NCBI RefSeq assembly: GCF_026571515.1
Contig: NW_026853235.1
Coordinates: forward strand, 124,001-188,000
DNA: 64,000 nucleotides
Origin: Ruditapes philippinarum
Taxonomy: Eukaryota
Direction of reading: 5' to 3'
In this document: positions 14,606-29,644 of the stretch, in pieces
How positions within the stretch are numbered: position 1 is the stretch's first letter
Layout of the letters: each line of letters begins with the position of its first letter
Notes under the pieces: generated by a model
What the model saw: the letters and a program-made list of their open reading frames with translations, nothing else
Told to the model about the DNA's origin: nothing
The model's database searches: none
Position numbers and translations under genes: made by a program

Positions 14606-15368
14606 TTAATTTAAAATAATGTTATAATTGTTATGTCCGCGTTGGAGATTATTTAAAATAATGTTATAATTGTTATGTCCGCGTTGGAGATTATTTAAAA
14701 TAATGTTATAATTGTTATGTCCGCGTTGGAGATTATTTAAAATAATGTTATAATTGTTATGTCCGCGTTGGAGATTATTTAAAATAATGTTATAATTGTT
14801 ATGTCCGCGTTGGAGATTATTTAAAATAATGTTATAATTGTTATGTCCACGTTGGAGATTATTTAAAATAATGTTATAATTGTTATGTCCGCATTGGAGA
14901 TTATTTAAAATAATGTTATAATTGTTATGTCCACGTTGGAGATTATTTAAAATAATGTTATAATTGTAATGTCCGCGTTGGAGATAATTTAAAATAATGT
15001 TATAATTGTCATGTCCGCGTGATAGATTATTTAAAATAATGTTATAATTGTTATGCCCGCGTTAGAGATTATTTAAAATAATGTTTTAATTGTTATGTCC
15101 GCGTTGGAGATAATTTAAAATAATGTTATAATTGTTATGTCCGCGTTGGAGATTATTTAAAATAATGTTATAATTTTTATGTCCGCGTGGTAGATTATTT
15201 TAAATAATGTTATAATTGTTTTGTCCCCGTTGGAGATTATTTAAAATAATGTTATAACTGTTATGCCCACGTGGTAGATTATTTAAAATAATGTTGTAAT
15301 TGTTATGTCTCCGTTGGAGATTATTTAAAATAATGTTATAATTGTTATGTCCACGTTGGAGATTATTT
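14606..15368. repeat. Minisatellite, 42-bp unit x about 18
   Basis: Unit TTATTTAAAATAATGTTATAATTGTTATGTCCGCGTTGGAGA. Confidence 0.95.
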
Positions 15369-16007
15369 GGTTTTACTGGTGCTGTCCTATAGTACACAAG
15401 AACGCCATGTTCTTTTTTTGATTGAATATCGATAAATTATTTTGTATAATAATATTATCCAAATGCGTACCATGGTATCCAGAAATATAGCCGTTATTTC
15501 AAAAAGCTCTAATAGTGAGGCAAAGTTTTTAAGAAGGACCACCTAAGTGTTGTAAGCTAGATAATTCAGTAACTACATACTTACAGCAGATTAACTTTAC
15601 ACTTCTTCTTAAAATTGCTTTTACGTTTGCAATATTAATTTAACAAACATTCTTTCATTTTAATGTCAATATAATTTATATATTATATTCTACTTTTACC
15701 GTCGCAAATAAGTTAAATGACTGTTTAAGCAAATACTTATTACACTGAAACATGGCATTTTTATTTTTCTATGTTCATATTATATTCTAGCTTCAACATT
15801 GATTTTGACTGACCCGATTTATCTGATAACGATAAACCAAGGCCAACATTTGGTATGTCATATGACATTAAGCATGTTTCACATTTTCAAATTTAAGTGT
15901 TTGAATTACGCACTCAAGCATACATGGAAATAATCGATTGAAACTGTCATGTTTTCTAACTTGTTTGACTTAGAAATACATGTATATTTATTATTGTAAG
16001 TGAATGG

Positions 16008-16469
16008 TGGCTTATTTGTGCTATTTGTGTATTTCACCCTCGACCCTAAGCGAGACGCGAGGCGAAGTAAAATATATAAAACCTTGCCCAGCGGGTGAAC
16101 GCGGAGCGAGATCTAAGAAATAAAACGGCGAGATTTAATAAGTAAAACGGCGTTTTTTCGCTCCGTGCCCCCGCTTTTTAAAATTGCAAACTTTCGCATT
16201 AGCGGAAACACTCTAAATTAGCGGGGATGCAGGGCGAAGTTTTGTTTATTAAACTTCGCCCGCGCCTCCGCTTATTATTGTTTTCGCTTCGCACCAAACT
16301 ATTGCATTTCTTAACATCTCGCTCCGCGCCCCGAGTTGCGAAGTTATATATTTATTAAACTTTGCATAAGCTCGTTTTCGTTCTGCGCCCTAGCCATTTT
16401 AACTTGTTAATACTCCAGTTTTCATTGGCGTGGTTGTGGAGCGAAAACACGAATGACACAAATCAGCCA
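16008..16469. mobile_element. MITE-like non-autonomous DNA element
   Basis: Imperfect TIRs: TGGCTTATTTGTGCTATTTGTGTATTTC versus reverse complement of the right end TGGCTGATTTGTGTCATTCGTGTTTTC. GC-richer interior with repeated TCGCTCCG-like motifs. Confidence 0.6.
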
Positions 16470-19156
16470 TGCTGTATGCTGGTTTATTGAATAAGAAGTA
16501 AAAGTGAAAGACAAGATCAATAAGGGAAGGTGGCATTCAATAAACGCACCCTTTCACGACCGAGCAACAAACAATATTACCTACAAACAATGCATTATAA
16601 TTATATTCTAGCAACAGTCAACGACATGAAGCACTTTATGTAGAACAATTCAACTCAAGAACAACATCTCTTCAACTAACTCCAATAAACTCAAATAGAG
16701 GCGAAATTCGAGTTTATATACCCATCTGCAAAAATAGACTGACTAAGACCCACTTGCGCAAATCAGACATTTTGCGCGACCTGACTGTTTTTCGACATAT
16801 TTAATTTGCTGACAATGCCTTAAGATTGTTCAAAATGACACACGTGTTTCAGGTGTACATCAAGTTGTGCAATATTCACATAACTTAAAAACATGCACAA
16901 TAATTACATAAATGTACACATGAACTAAATAGCATATTTATTTGTTCATCAACGTAACTAAGTAAACAATGTTTCTGTATAAAGTAAATATATGTGTACT
17001 TAGTCTATCTAACATTTGGAATATTGATACACTAATTTTTATTGACAATTTTGTAAATTATTAACAGCAGAGAAATAAACATAATATTTCTTTATCTAAA
17101 TAATTTAAAAGTTCTGTTTCCATTTACTTTAATAGCTCCAGCTTATGAGATTATTCAGTTAGTTTTTGTTATTGTAATCTAGTAAATCAAGTCCAAAGGA
17201 ATCTAGGCCGAGGCTTCATTATATTGATTGAGGCCTAATTATGCGCATACATGTTGGATTGGATTAAACAAACGATACTATCTAGAAGTCACATTTGTAT
17301 TTGCTTTTTATAAAAGCCACCATCAGGAGCATGTACACGTTGCTGTATATCATTAAAGTGTCCTGTCATACTTACGTGCATGTAAGATATTATTTTGAAA
17401 GTTTGTTTGATTACTAACATACCTTATGACAACAAACCACCGACATCTTAACTTTATTCATTAATGCAATTGACTTACTTTGTCTTTGTCTAATAAATTA
17501 GATGTGTTCTATAGCATACACATATATTACAATTTTCCAACGTCAATTAACCCGGAAGAAAAACATTTGTCCATGTAATGTTTACTCTTCCAAACCGGGT
17601 AAAATGTATATACCACTTGATATTGAAATAATGTTAACGGAAGTTTAACTTAAGAGATGCTTTAAATGCTGAATGTATATTAGTTCACTATTATTTGTGC
17701 GGTGAATGGATGTACAGTTATTTGTTAACCGGTATACTGCAGCTTTTAATATTTTAACGTGACAGGTAAGACAACTTTCAACGTGATTATAGATTTTTGG
17801 ATAGTTTTTGTCTTACGTTTTTTACCGACTGATGCACAAGTTTCCAGTACAGTTATTCTAGATCCAATATGATAAAATTCAATGTATTATACCAAACTAG
17901 GTAAATACTGAAGTAAGTTTTAATTTGGACTACAGCAGCATTATGTTATGTTTTTTTTGTATTGAATAAGGCTACGTTAAATGTATTTTAAAGTTATGTC
18001 CAATATAGAATCTAACTTGTTAACCTTCCGAGAACACAGGGATATCTGGAATGTAGGAATTTGTCAAAAGGCCTTGTTTTCGTTATATTTTTCTTCAAAA
18101 TGATAGATACTACATTTTGATACGCGACTTTCTCTAATAAATGAGACCACACGAAAAGAATCAGGACTGGGGGAGGGCGCAAGGTTTTCAATACACTCTC
18201 ACGTAGTGAATGTGCACAAACATACCAACAGTTTGCTTGAAAAAAAAAACGAGATATCAAATTTTGAACGCATTCAAGAATCATCATTGCAACCGAGATT
18301 TACAATACCAAAAAGTGGTCAAAGACAGTCAGAAGTCGCAATCCAATTTTATCCACGAATCATAAATCATAAATAATTTGCAAATACGAGGGTAATCTGA
18401 TATGATCTTGAACTGCGTTTTATACGGAAATTGTCATAAACGTTTGTTTTTTTACGCAAAAAAAATATGTGCGGAAGTGTAAATCGAGAATATTTAGTTG
18501 TTTTGTGTAAATGTGCTATAATTTAACAGAAGAGAATTGCTGCAGTTTTACTTTTACTAAAATAAGTCACTTAAGTCAAAATCAATCAAATTTAATTTAA
18601 TTTCATCAATATTTACCTGATTATCATGCTTCTTTCAACATCTTAAGATGTCACATATCTTAGGCTACCTTTAATCAAAATTGCATTTTTGATAAAAGAG
18701 TTTAATAATAAAAGAAGGCATAACTGTTTCGGTTTATTTTTTCTTTCATAAATTTATAAAAATCAGGAAGGGAATTCCATAACTTCTTACTCACACATCC
18801 ACTACACAGAACAAGTGATTTTTTGATTATATTCTCTTAATTGGAGTTTCTGTTTCATAAAACAATGGTATTCCTGTGATATGATATCTTCTTTTTTTCC
18901 TATTAACATATAAGTGTTTAACTTCAAATTATTTATTTCAACATGTTACTTTGTATTTAGAGAATAATTGGCAACAGATTGTCGTGGAAATACAATACTA
19001 GCATAACGATTAAATGTAATAATTGTTTAATTGTTTAAAGAAAGTATCACTTGAAGTGTTTCCTGTTACAAGAACAGCATAACAAGTGTCGTTTAAATAA
19101 ATGAAATTAGATTTGTGTTGTTGCAACTCTATTTCAGATAATTCAACGACTGAAAA

Positions 19157-22100
19157 ATGGAGGTATCTGGCAAGAAACTTCGTAATTATTGCAAACCCTG
19201 TGAGCAACTTAAGACGTCAACATTCTCAGATGGTTTCTGTTCACAATGTGCAGAAGAAATGTGCCAAAGATGTTTTGATACTCACAAACAATTCAAGCTT
19301 AACCGGGGACATATACTTGTCCAATCAGTCGAGGCTAAATCAAAATGCAAAGAAACACCAACTTTCGATAATTGTACTAAACATCTCAACGAAGATATTA
19401 AGTTTTTCTGTCCCGAACATGACCAAGTAGGTTGCGGCGATTGTATGGTAATTTCCCATAAAACCTGTAAAGTGGAGTATATACTAGAACAAATCGATGG
19501 ATATAAAGACAATGAAGAGTTCATAAAGTTGACGAAGGACATAGAGAAGTATGACAGTGAAGCAAAAACTATGTTAGGAAGCATCAGAAGCAACAAGGAC
19601 CATGTAAAAGATATCAACAAAAAATTTGCTCTTGATGTCAACATATTCAGGGATGAAATGATTGCACATATCACGAAACTTTCTGATGCAATGCTAAAAT
19701 ATGGAGATGATATTATGGCAGCTGACATGAAAAAGATCGAAAACCTGGAAGAAGAAAACAAACGCCTTGTTGATGAAACAAATGGTATGAGAGACACATT
19801 ACAATCAGAAGTTGATCAGCCTTACAAATTGTTCATCAGTTCCTTGTCATACAAACAAAATCTCCATCTCGTCCGAGACCAGCTAGAAAGAATCAAAGCG
19901 AACAATAAGATCGAAACGTACGACTTCATGCCTGACTGTAATCTCGAACAGTTGATGAAAACTTGTAAACAACTAGGAGTGATGCATAAGCCTAACGAAT
20001 CTGGTGCAGGTTAGCTTCTAACTTTCGAAGTAATTTTTGATGATACATGTTTAAACAAGATAACCATTTTATACTAATAATGTGTGTCATATCAATAAAA
20101 CGCCTTATATAAAACATGTTCTCAGAATTAACATTTGTTATATTCATTTATGGTTTATATAAAGGAATTATTTTAATGTTATACATGTTATACAGTAGCT
20201 TCTAATCCCGAGTGTTAATACACGTTCTTATAATTATTTTGTAAACTAATGTATTCATTTTGCTTCTCTTCTTATTTCATAAACAGCACTTAGAGAAAAA
20301 ACAGTAAAAGCAAACAGAGCAACACCGATGACAAAGGATCAATGTTCACAAACAATTCAAGTGACAAAGGATCAATGTTCACAAACAAATCAAGTGAGTA
20401 CCCTATATTATTTGAGTGTGTTGAAACTTTCATTTGTATTTTTTCCAAACGACTTATCCAATCATCACGAAATCAAAATATATTGTAAATGAAAAGAGTG
20501 TTTATATTATATAAATAATAATTACTAATTTCGCGTTATATTTTGTTTTCAGTCATTGCTGGACAGACAACTTGTTTGCAAAAACCTCATCATTGACGGA
20601 GACTTAATCAGGTGACATAAAACATCTAATTTCAAAGTAACTTAATATTTGTAATCTATATGCAATTATTTCAAAATAGAAATGTTTTACAAAACTTTGT
20701 TTAATTGAAGGAAATCTTTACCTGCTTTGATAAATCCGAATGATTTCTTTTCTTTTACAGTTGTGCTGTAAAAGCAAAAGACGACTGTGGTTTATTTATT
20801 GACAAATACACAGTTAGTTGTGATGATTTAGCTACCTTTGAAATCGAGATTGTGAGCATTGGTAGAGGCGGATATATAGGTAACAGTTTGCAACGTTCGA
20901 TCAAATGTAGTTTAATAATTAGTTTTGTACCATAATACTGCTAAAGGAATTAAAGAAGAGTCGTCAAAATTTTCATTACCTTCAGATAGACTTTTGGGCA
21001 TATCATGTTTATGATAAATACCAGTGATACCTTATCGTCAAGAACCAAAAACAAATGAATGCTATTTCAAAATATGTAACTATAATAGTAAATATATGAA
21101 GGAGTATTAAGTTAAATATTCATTTTCATATGTAAATACTTTCTGAAAATTAATTTATAATCTGCCATCAATACATAACTAGGAAATTTTGAAGAATATA
21201 AATATCTGGAGGCAAAGAGATTCCACGGAAATATTAGTCACGACAAATTTACAAGAGAGTTGCTATAGTTTGTTTTATTTTTATTAATAATATTTTTTCA
21301 TTTTATCAGAGTATCAATAGCATTATTTTTCAAGGAACACCGTGGCTCTTTTTTATTACATAATTATTCAATTAGTCATAAATTACGTTAAATAAATGTG
21401 TCTTACAGTAAACGTAAACCATTTAAGATTTACTTGATTGATTAATTTATTTTTTTATTTATTATTTATTTATTTATATAAATTTATTGATTAAATAATT
21501 AATTAATATTATTTATATAATTAATAATTAATTATTATTAATTTATTCATTATGTACAAGTGTACACTTAATTTTTTTTATTTATTTATGTTGTTCTAAT
21601 TCAAAGTTTAATACTTATCAAATTGGATAACTCTTCATTGACTTTTACAATAAAATAATACATATAATATAATTTCATTCTAGCTATCGGTGTGGTACCG
21701 GATGACTATCCAAATAATCTTCTACCTGGATTTGGAAAAGATTCCCGTGGATACAATTCAGATGGCAAGTATGTGTTTATTGTTTTTCTGTTAGAACATA
21801 CTCTTACCTTCGCTTTTAAATATGTATGTGATTGAATAGAATAGAAAATTAAATAAATTTATAACTAAGCCAAGTTCTGTCTAGACCCCAATGCTTCCAA
21901 ATCTGTAAAACAAGGTCAATTAAATACATGTTTTATTACTTGCGCCGTTTTCATATTGTCAGTCTTTTATGCATATACACAGACGGAAATGCAATGCATT
22001 GATAGGGTTGACGTGATTCCATCAGACATATAGAAGACCTTTTGAATGATAGAAATCATGTCTAAAATTTTTGTTTCGTTTCTTGATATTCTAATTAGAG

Positions 22101-25100
22101 TTTGTTTATAGTGGTTGGCAAAAGGTTTGCCAAATAAAAACATGTTCATGTATTAAAAGTATAGCATGTCATATAGTATTTAATTAAATGATTTATTTAT
22201 AAATATTTCACAGGAGATGCACCCAAGTTCCGAACAATAAATGAATATTATTTTATTTTACTATTTTGTTTTTATAAAGACGACATTTACTTGAATGTGG
22301 TACATTCAGTGAATAATATCGCTCGATCATATTGTTATGTTCATGTGATTTTATAAACATTAAGTTGTGGAAATTTTGCAAATCATTTTATCAACGTATG
22401 CACATTTCACATGAAATTTTACAATTCCATATGATCAGATGTTTGTTTTAAATATTAAATTTTGCCTATCATATAAAATATGTTTGAGTACGGTAACATT
22501 TAAGCGGTATTTCTGTCTGACTCAAATAATGTTCTTCAAATGGAAATCAGTATGATTGTAAAACTATCATCTTCATCAAATATTTTATTGATATAAAATA
22601 TTTATTTAAGTGAAGTTCTGCTGATACATAACATGTAAGTTCATGCAAATAATTTGAATATAGTAATAGTTTTAATGAACTCTTTTAATAATTATTTACT
22701 CGTAACAATATCATTAACCATAATGTGAACAAATAATTTAGCTGTTTGTCTTTCTTATTCAAAGTCTGTAACTAAAATGAAATTCTTACTTAATCAGCGA
22801 TTTCACATCACATGCCGAAATGTCTTTTTTAAGGACATGCTGTACCTTCAAATTGGCAAGCAAAATAAAAATATAGAAGAATTAAAATATTTCAATCTTT
22901 GCAAAGATTTGTTATAATTATTCAAATTTTCTAGTTTGTTACTGTCTATTTTGTGTAATATTCAGTTCCTCTTGGTTATTTAAATGAAAATGAGAATGTC
23001 TTTTAATTTATTGAAATTGGGCACCTTTAAATTACAGTCAAACTCTAGATATTCATTTGCATGTTGAAGAATTGTTGTCTGCTGGTTGGTTCATGACCAG
23101 ATGGTAAATAATAGTTTGTCAGGTTTGTTTCCAACTCAGGGCTTAACTATTACACCAGATATATATCCTAGTTATATACATTGATTTTCCCACATGTGAA
23201 ATACATTATGTGGACAATGTTTCTCGACCACTCGCTAATGTTTTACAAAGAGGAATATGCAATGAATGCTTGTACACAATAATCATTCATCATTTGTCAA
23301 TTCTATAATAGACTCAAGTCATTCACTATGGTATAAAATAGTGTTTTTTCATTTATTTAATAATTGTCGGCAATGAATTACAAATATGTTCTATGAATAT
23401 CCTGTTCCGTCATCCTCCAGATTATATAACGAACGAACGTTTTGCAAAGCGTTTAGTAAACGGACATTTTTTAACTAAAACGTTTTAAAGAAATTTCAAA
23501 TACCATTCAAAAAAGTCGCATTTAATGTTTTCGACACCCTGTACACTTTATAGGTAGATTTGCTGTATTAATTAACTTGTTTTTAATTGAAGGTTTGAGA
23601 CATTTACCAAGTCAAGTTATATGATATATCAAAATTACCTTAATTGACATTTTATTTTTCAAATTGTTTAAAGATTTTCGGTCTATGAAGCCTAAGCGAT
23701 CATCATTTCCTTTGAAATTTGGGTCTTCCTGTGCAAGCCCAAATCGAAAATTTTACGAACATTTCTTGTCCAATATTCTGTCTGTCTTACATGGGAAAAT
23801 GCCTTCTGCAAATTGTTCATTGTTGTTTTAAAAAAACCCGGTATTTGAGGTTCTGTTTTCACCGGATAATTCCCCCTTTTGGGTTTCTATCAACCATTTA
23901 TAAGCGTTTACTGTGATGATTTGTACGGATTAAAATTACATAACTTAAATATTATTACGGATTTTGCTTGTCTTTAAAACGCCATTTCTTGGGCTTAGAA
24001 ACACTGGGTAACACCGCACTATCACTCTGAACCCACTGTTTTTTTTTTTAATAAAATTGCCCAAATTTTAATTACAATTTTTTGAATTATAATAGCATCA
24101 TTCGAATGAATCAGAATGAGGCTTTTAGTTTGCGCTTTTTCATGTTTATTTTATTCTTGACTTGGATTTTAATTTAACTTTTAAAAAAACTGTCCCAGAA
24201 TCTGCGTGCGGCCGCATATGTATTACTTAGTTACAGAATCGCATGACAAAGTTTGTACATTATACCAAATATATTTATAGTTATATATATTCTTAAAAAT
24301 TTACGTTCCGTTTTTAATGTATGGTTTAGATATTTAATTTAAACTACACATGGTAATTTCAAAAGTTTTATAATCACTCTGGATCATCCTCGTTTACCCT
24401 TTGATTCAAGGCTATTTTCATTATTCTTTCGAAAACAAACTTGAAATTGGGAAAAAGTATTTTCTAGTTTGGTAAACTAAACTATAAAAACGATATTAAC
24501 GTAACACATTTTGTGATAAGGGATTTATTAATTTTACACAAATTTACTATTTTGTCAATTATTAATGATAATAATTTACAGGTCATTGTTAAATCCATAT
24601 ACACATTTTATAGTTTGATGTATCTTAAATAGTGATAACGTACACATCTTTGAAAAAAAGTATATAAACAAGTTTTATAGTTTGATATATTTTAAATAAT
24701 AATAGCGTTCTATTCGGTGTTAAGACCATGTCTATTTAAATAAATAAAACATTTGGATATTCACTTGTTTAGACTGTTTAAACCAAGCTCCGAGACAGTT
24801 GAAGGAAAGCTATTGTAACGTGATAGAATATTTACAAAAAAACATAAGGTAGTACTTGTTTGCACACTACATCAACAAAAAACAACAATAACGGATATAT
24901 GCAAACAGAAACTTCGCATTATTTATGTTTTGTTGTAACTAAGAATATATTTCCCACCAAAACAGACGAAGCTATCAGTTGAATCTGAATAATTAAACCC
25001 ATTAGATCTCAGTAAAAAAACCAACTTAATTTTAGTGTCTTATCCTTCTACAAACGTTTTCTGATATAACAAATGTTGTATTTTTTCCTTTTGTATTTTG

Positions 25101-27627
25101 AAAATGTTGTTCTTGTTTTTCCTCTTTTATTTACTGTGAATTATTACCAAAGTTCGAAGTAGTGAAATATATCAAACACATACTTTACTGTTATATTAAT
25201 ATTAATCAATATAACGCATTTATAAATAAGAAGCGTTTGTATGATGGCTATTTTTGTAGATCCAAAAACTTTGTTCTGCCATCAAGCGACATGGAAACAT
25301 GTACCTTACTATTGAATCCTCCCATATCAACAGTTTCATCTTTTGTTTCAATCAGTGTACACGATCTGTACATTTGAAAAGAATGTGTGCTATTTCACAA
25401 TGAATGTGCCTGTCAATCATTTTCATTATAAATGTTTACCATTCTTTCAAAATATGTCCTTTATATGTGCTCCACTGTTTAAAAGAAACTATACAATTGT
25501 CGAGTTGTGTCATTGTTTGTTCGGGCTTACAGATGCAAAGTCTGTATTTGACCCAATATACGTTTGTACACCTTTATACTAGTCCAATTGTGGCTAGTAT
25601 TGTATTCAGTAATGTATACAATAAAACCATTAGAGTAAATGACTAATAGCAAGATTTTGTGTCTACATTAAATTGCATTTTCTGCATCGTTTAAAATTTC
25701 AAATTTGTTCAAATTATAGCCCTTGGTTGATTTTTTCATTAGATAGGAAATACTCCAAGAATCTTCTTCTTGATAACTGCAAGGGCTAAATCCCACGCTT
25801 TTTAACATGAACCGTAGTCAGATCCCCCCCCCCCATTTCTCTTAATTTCAACGAAAATTAGTATTTACACGATATCAGATATAATAATTCGATAAATCCA
25901 ATTGTATGAATTACAGACAACTACAACATGTTTGAAGAAGTTCATAGATTTATAAAACAGCCCTTTCATTATCTGAAACACGATAACTTCTAATAGCACA
26001 ATCTCCAAATAGATAAATGTTCATTAATTGATGGCAAATCATTAAACTGAAATAAACAAAGAAATGAGTTTTTAAAACTTTAACTAAGAAATGAGCTATT
26101 AAAACTTTAACTCAACATTTCAGTTACTTTTGGTAAAGGACTGTAATCTCGATATACAGAATTATTTAGAGCTATTCATATGTTCACGTAAATATGATCT
26201 TGATTATATATTTTGCTTAAAGATAATGTAGCGGTTTTCTGTTAAACAACGTTTTCAAAAAGGACTTCTTACTGCTACAAATATCTCAATAAATTATGTT
26301 TTATATACCATATAGATGCTACACTGTACCATGTAAATTATGAATTGCATACACGCAATTACTTTTTTGAATTACAAAACTTTTCAAATGAATAAGGGAT
26401 TTCATAGCTGTAGCTGCTAAATCTAGCAATATTAAAGAAGCTATGTCTATGCAATATTATAAACGGAAGCTTTACGATGATAAGTAATATTAAAGGAACT
26501 CGACTTAAATTGTTTGACATGAATTGGATTGTTCGATAATAGTTTTAAGTAGGTTTACGTAATTAAATTGTTTGCAAAATTGCAAATAGTTTCCTTGCTC
26601 CCTTTTTTCAAGAATGTAAATTCGTATTATAAACATGGCCCACGACTGAAAAGCGTTGCAATTCTTCTCACTTAAATTGGTTTTTAAATACCTCACAAAT
26701 ACGATTTTTAATTTATTTCTGAGAATTTATCTAAATTGTTTTGCATATATATTTCTGTATTGAGTGTCCAAGCTGATCTATGTAAGACCTCGATGGAATT
26801 CCTGTAATATGAATAAAGATAAATATTACATGCACGAAACGTTTTATTTTACTATCCACTTTTAAAGATGGTAAATATATTCACTAGTTAGATTATATTA
26901 TACCAGGCCTTGTATTGTGTATGTTTGTTGCATTTTTAGTACGTGTCATAAGATGTCCATAATTATCTTCATTAAGGATGTATTTTTTTTAGATATTTAT
27001 TTTTTAATGTCACATCATACTTAACGTGTCAAACTGGTGTTTTTATCAAAACCATGTTATTATGTTATGGCGTCTGTAATAACAAAAGCAAAAACAATAT
27101 CTGAAATGAGAAGAATATTTATCCACGATTAAATGTGTATGTTATTTAACAAGAACGAATAACATAATTCTTACATTATTGTTGAGCATCCACTCATATA
27201 CATACAACTTGAACATAATATACAAAGTATGATCATAAATTGATTGTAGTTTTGTCAAAATTTATTCACTGTGAATAGAGTTATTTGTTTCATTTCCTAG
27301 ACAATCCTAGTTATTTTGTTGTTGTTTTTTTCTTGGCACACACAATAATGAGCTTAATTGACAAATAGCATCACAGTGATCTAACTACTAACAACAATGT
27401 ATTTTAATTCAGTATCAATGTAAAGTATTATGAAAAAAAACAAACTAAAAACTACAAAAAAACTTTTATGTTATAAAAGCACTGCTTAGAGATAAGAGTC
27501 CTATTTTTGACAAACTTTATTCTCAAACATGTTATCTAAAATGTATTTTAAGGGTGTTCATGGGAAGTAAATCCGGTGAAAAATATGGAAACAAGTGGAA
27601 AGTCGGCGATCGAATCGAAGTTCAAAT
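19157..27627 (+). CDS. Host multi-exon gene: B-box x2 / coiled-coil / SPRY (RING-less TRIM-like, SPRYD3-type SPRY). Coding exons 19157-20009, 20287-20393, 20553-20611, 20761-20879, 21684-21768, 27553-27627; the gene continues downstream
   Basis: Exon 1 has CKPC..FCSQCAEEMCQRC...H...H and CTKH...FFCPEHDQVGCGDC..SH B-boxes followed by a coiled coil. All introns are GT-AG and the phases match (1,0,2,1,2). The spliced product reads TFEIEIVSIGRGGYIAIGVVPDDYPNNLLPGFGKDSRGYNSDGKVFMGSKSGEKYGNKWKVGDRIEVQ, a SPRY signature. Confidence 0.88.
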
Positions 27628-28654
27628 GTAAGTATTAAGTAGTGTTTGCGATGTTCGTTTGTAATTATTTGTTTCATAAAGATTTACAAAGACGATTCAT
27701 TTTGTAAATATTACATAAAACATTGCCGTTAAACGTTTGATATAAAACTTAATAATTAAGGTATGACATGCAATTTCTGATATTCAAGCAGTTGACATAA
27801 TTGATCCATATTTTATATTTGTTTATATTCTTGTCAAATACGGATATACCATCAATCTACATTCCAATGGTTAATTTAAAGATATGTTTAACACTTTATC
27901 ACTTTAAAAAAAATCTAAAGGTGATACAACATTTATACAAAGTAAAAATGTTATTATGATTTTCCCGAAAGTAAAATGTGTGTTACATTGAAAACACACA
28001 TTATTCAATTTTTACCGTATTGTATTGAATGTACCGTTTCAAAATCGGTAATTTAAAACATGCAACATCATGCTTCAAAATTAAGCAAAAACAGTTTTAA
28101 AATTATTTAAGTATTTCCATCAAATTCAAATAAGTTCTTTATTTTACCGTGTGTATACCGTTCGTATACGCTAGTCCAATCAGTAGCTAAGTAGCAGAAA
28201 CCACTATTTGTTGGTGTTAGTGTTTTATACAGAATAATAATGCTTATTTTATCACATAGTTATAACTATAAAATAATTACCCAATCTTCATAGATGCTTC
28301 ATACGTGCAAGCTTGCTGAGCTGGTATTTAAAATCCGATGGTTTCTTCAGTTGTTATGTCACGAATAAAATTGCTATTCTTGCATACAAATAGAACTCTG
28401 GTTCTGAAAATACGCAGTAAAGTCCTCTTTTTTCGTCTACAAAAACTGATATACATTTCCCGTGCGAGTACCATATCATTTGATACTTTAATTGATAATC
28501 AATCACCATTTTAGCCAGCTTTTCAAGCATGGTGCCCCGTGACGCATCTATTAAAAACATAAAACATCAGTGAGTGCTCGCGTGATGGTATGCGGTTATG
28601 CATTTATTGTTCTCCGTTTATCTATACCTGCAAAGGCTGTGTGACGTCATGTGA

Positions 28655-28849
28655 GTTTGCGACCAGCATGGATCCAGACCAGCCTGCGCCTCCATGCAGT
28701 CTGAATAGGATCCATGCTGTTCGCTATCTGTTTCTCTACGTGTAATAGACTTGGTAAGCGAACAGCATGTATCCTGATCAGACTGCGCGGTTCTGGATCC
28801 ATGCTGGTTGAAAACCCATTATGTTGGATGTGTCATGACGAAGCTCATT
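28655..28849. mobile_element. Palindromic MITE, left-truncated; same family as 30552-30748
   Basis: Shares TTTGCGACCAGCATGGATCCAGA...GGATCCATGCTGTTCGCT...GTCATGAC..GCTCA with the copy at 30552. Confidence 0.8.
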
Positions 28850-29578
28850 TATATCAGTTCTAATTCACGTATTTCAATTTTGATGAACTGTGTATGTGCA
28901 TAATGATCGTGTAAAAGCTTAACCAGAGAGTTCAGTTTTAGCTAAGCGGATTTTATTTTGATTTGAGTAACTATGTAATAAATTATGTAACAACACAACA
29001 AATGTTTGTTAACTCTACCGTTTTACCACAAATTAACGTTCACTTTAACGTTCCGTTTTTCGGCTGCATCTGTCTTACAATTTAATCGAAGATTAAACCT
29101 CCATTAAAATTTTACAAAGGGATCATTGAAACGGTTTTGTAGAAATATTTATTTTATGCAGTGACAGTCATATGGATTGAACTCAAAGTATCAATATGGA
29201 TGAAGAGTAGATTACATGTAGCTATAAAGATTTATTATATTACATGGCGTCGTTTTAATTGTTGAAATGTATTTAAAATATTACAAAACTTTTCTTTTTT
29301 TGTGTGTGGGGGGGGGCGATTTGTTCCGGTAAAAAAAAAAACAATGGTATATAAAACGAATGAAAGAGGGTATTTTAATTGTACGTGTGTGTTAAAACAT
29401 TTACTGTGAATGTTGTTCTGTAAAACATATTGCATTACTCTTTTCTAACTGTAAATGAGTATTGTGAGATATCGTATAAAAATATTCAAAACGCGAACAG
29501 AATATATTAATATTATTTGTTTTCCGTTTTTTTTAATTCATTCTTCATATACATATAACATTTATTTGTTTCTGACAG

Positions 29579-29644
29579 ATCTCCAACAATTTTCATTACA
29601 AGATGTCCTCAATCAACTCACAATGCAAATACTCATTGGTCAAA
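29579..29644 (+). CDS. Candidate exon 7 of the B-box/SPRY gene (66 nt, phase 2 to 2)
   Basis: Polypyrimidine tract plus CAG acceptor, open in the required phase (ISPTIFITRCPQSTHNANTHWS), weak donor GTTCGT. Confidence 0.4.

Noticed and set aside
17640-17765. Possible non-coding first exon of the B-box/SPRY gene (CGGAAG motifs, donor CAG|GTAAGA)
   Set aside because: Plausible, but it cannot be supported without transcript data.
19157-20014. Single-exon 285-aa gene as given by the ORF track
   Set aside because: A donor at 20010 precedes the stop, and phase-matched downstream exons encode a SPRY domain.
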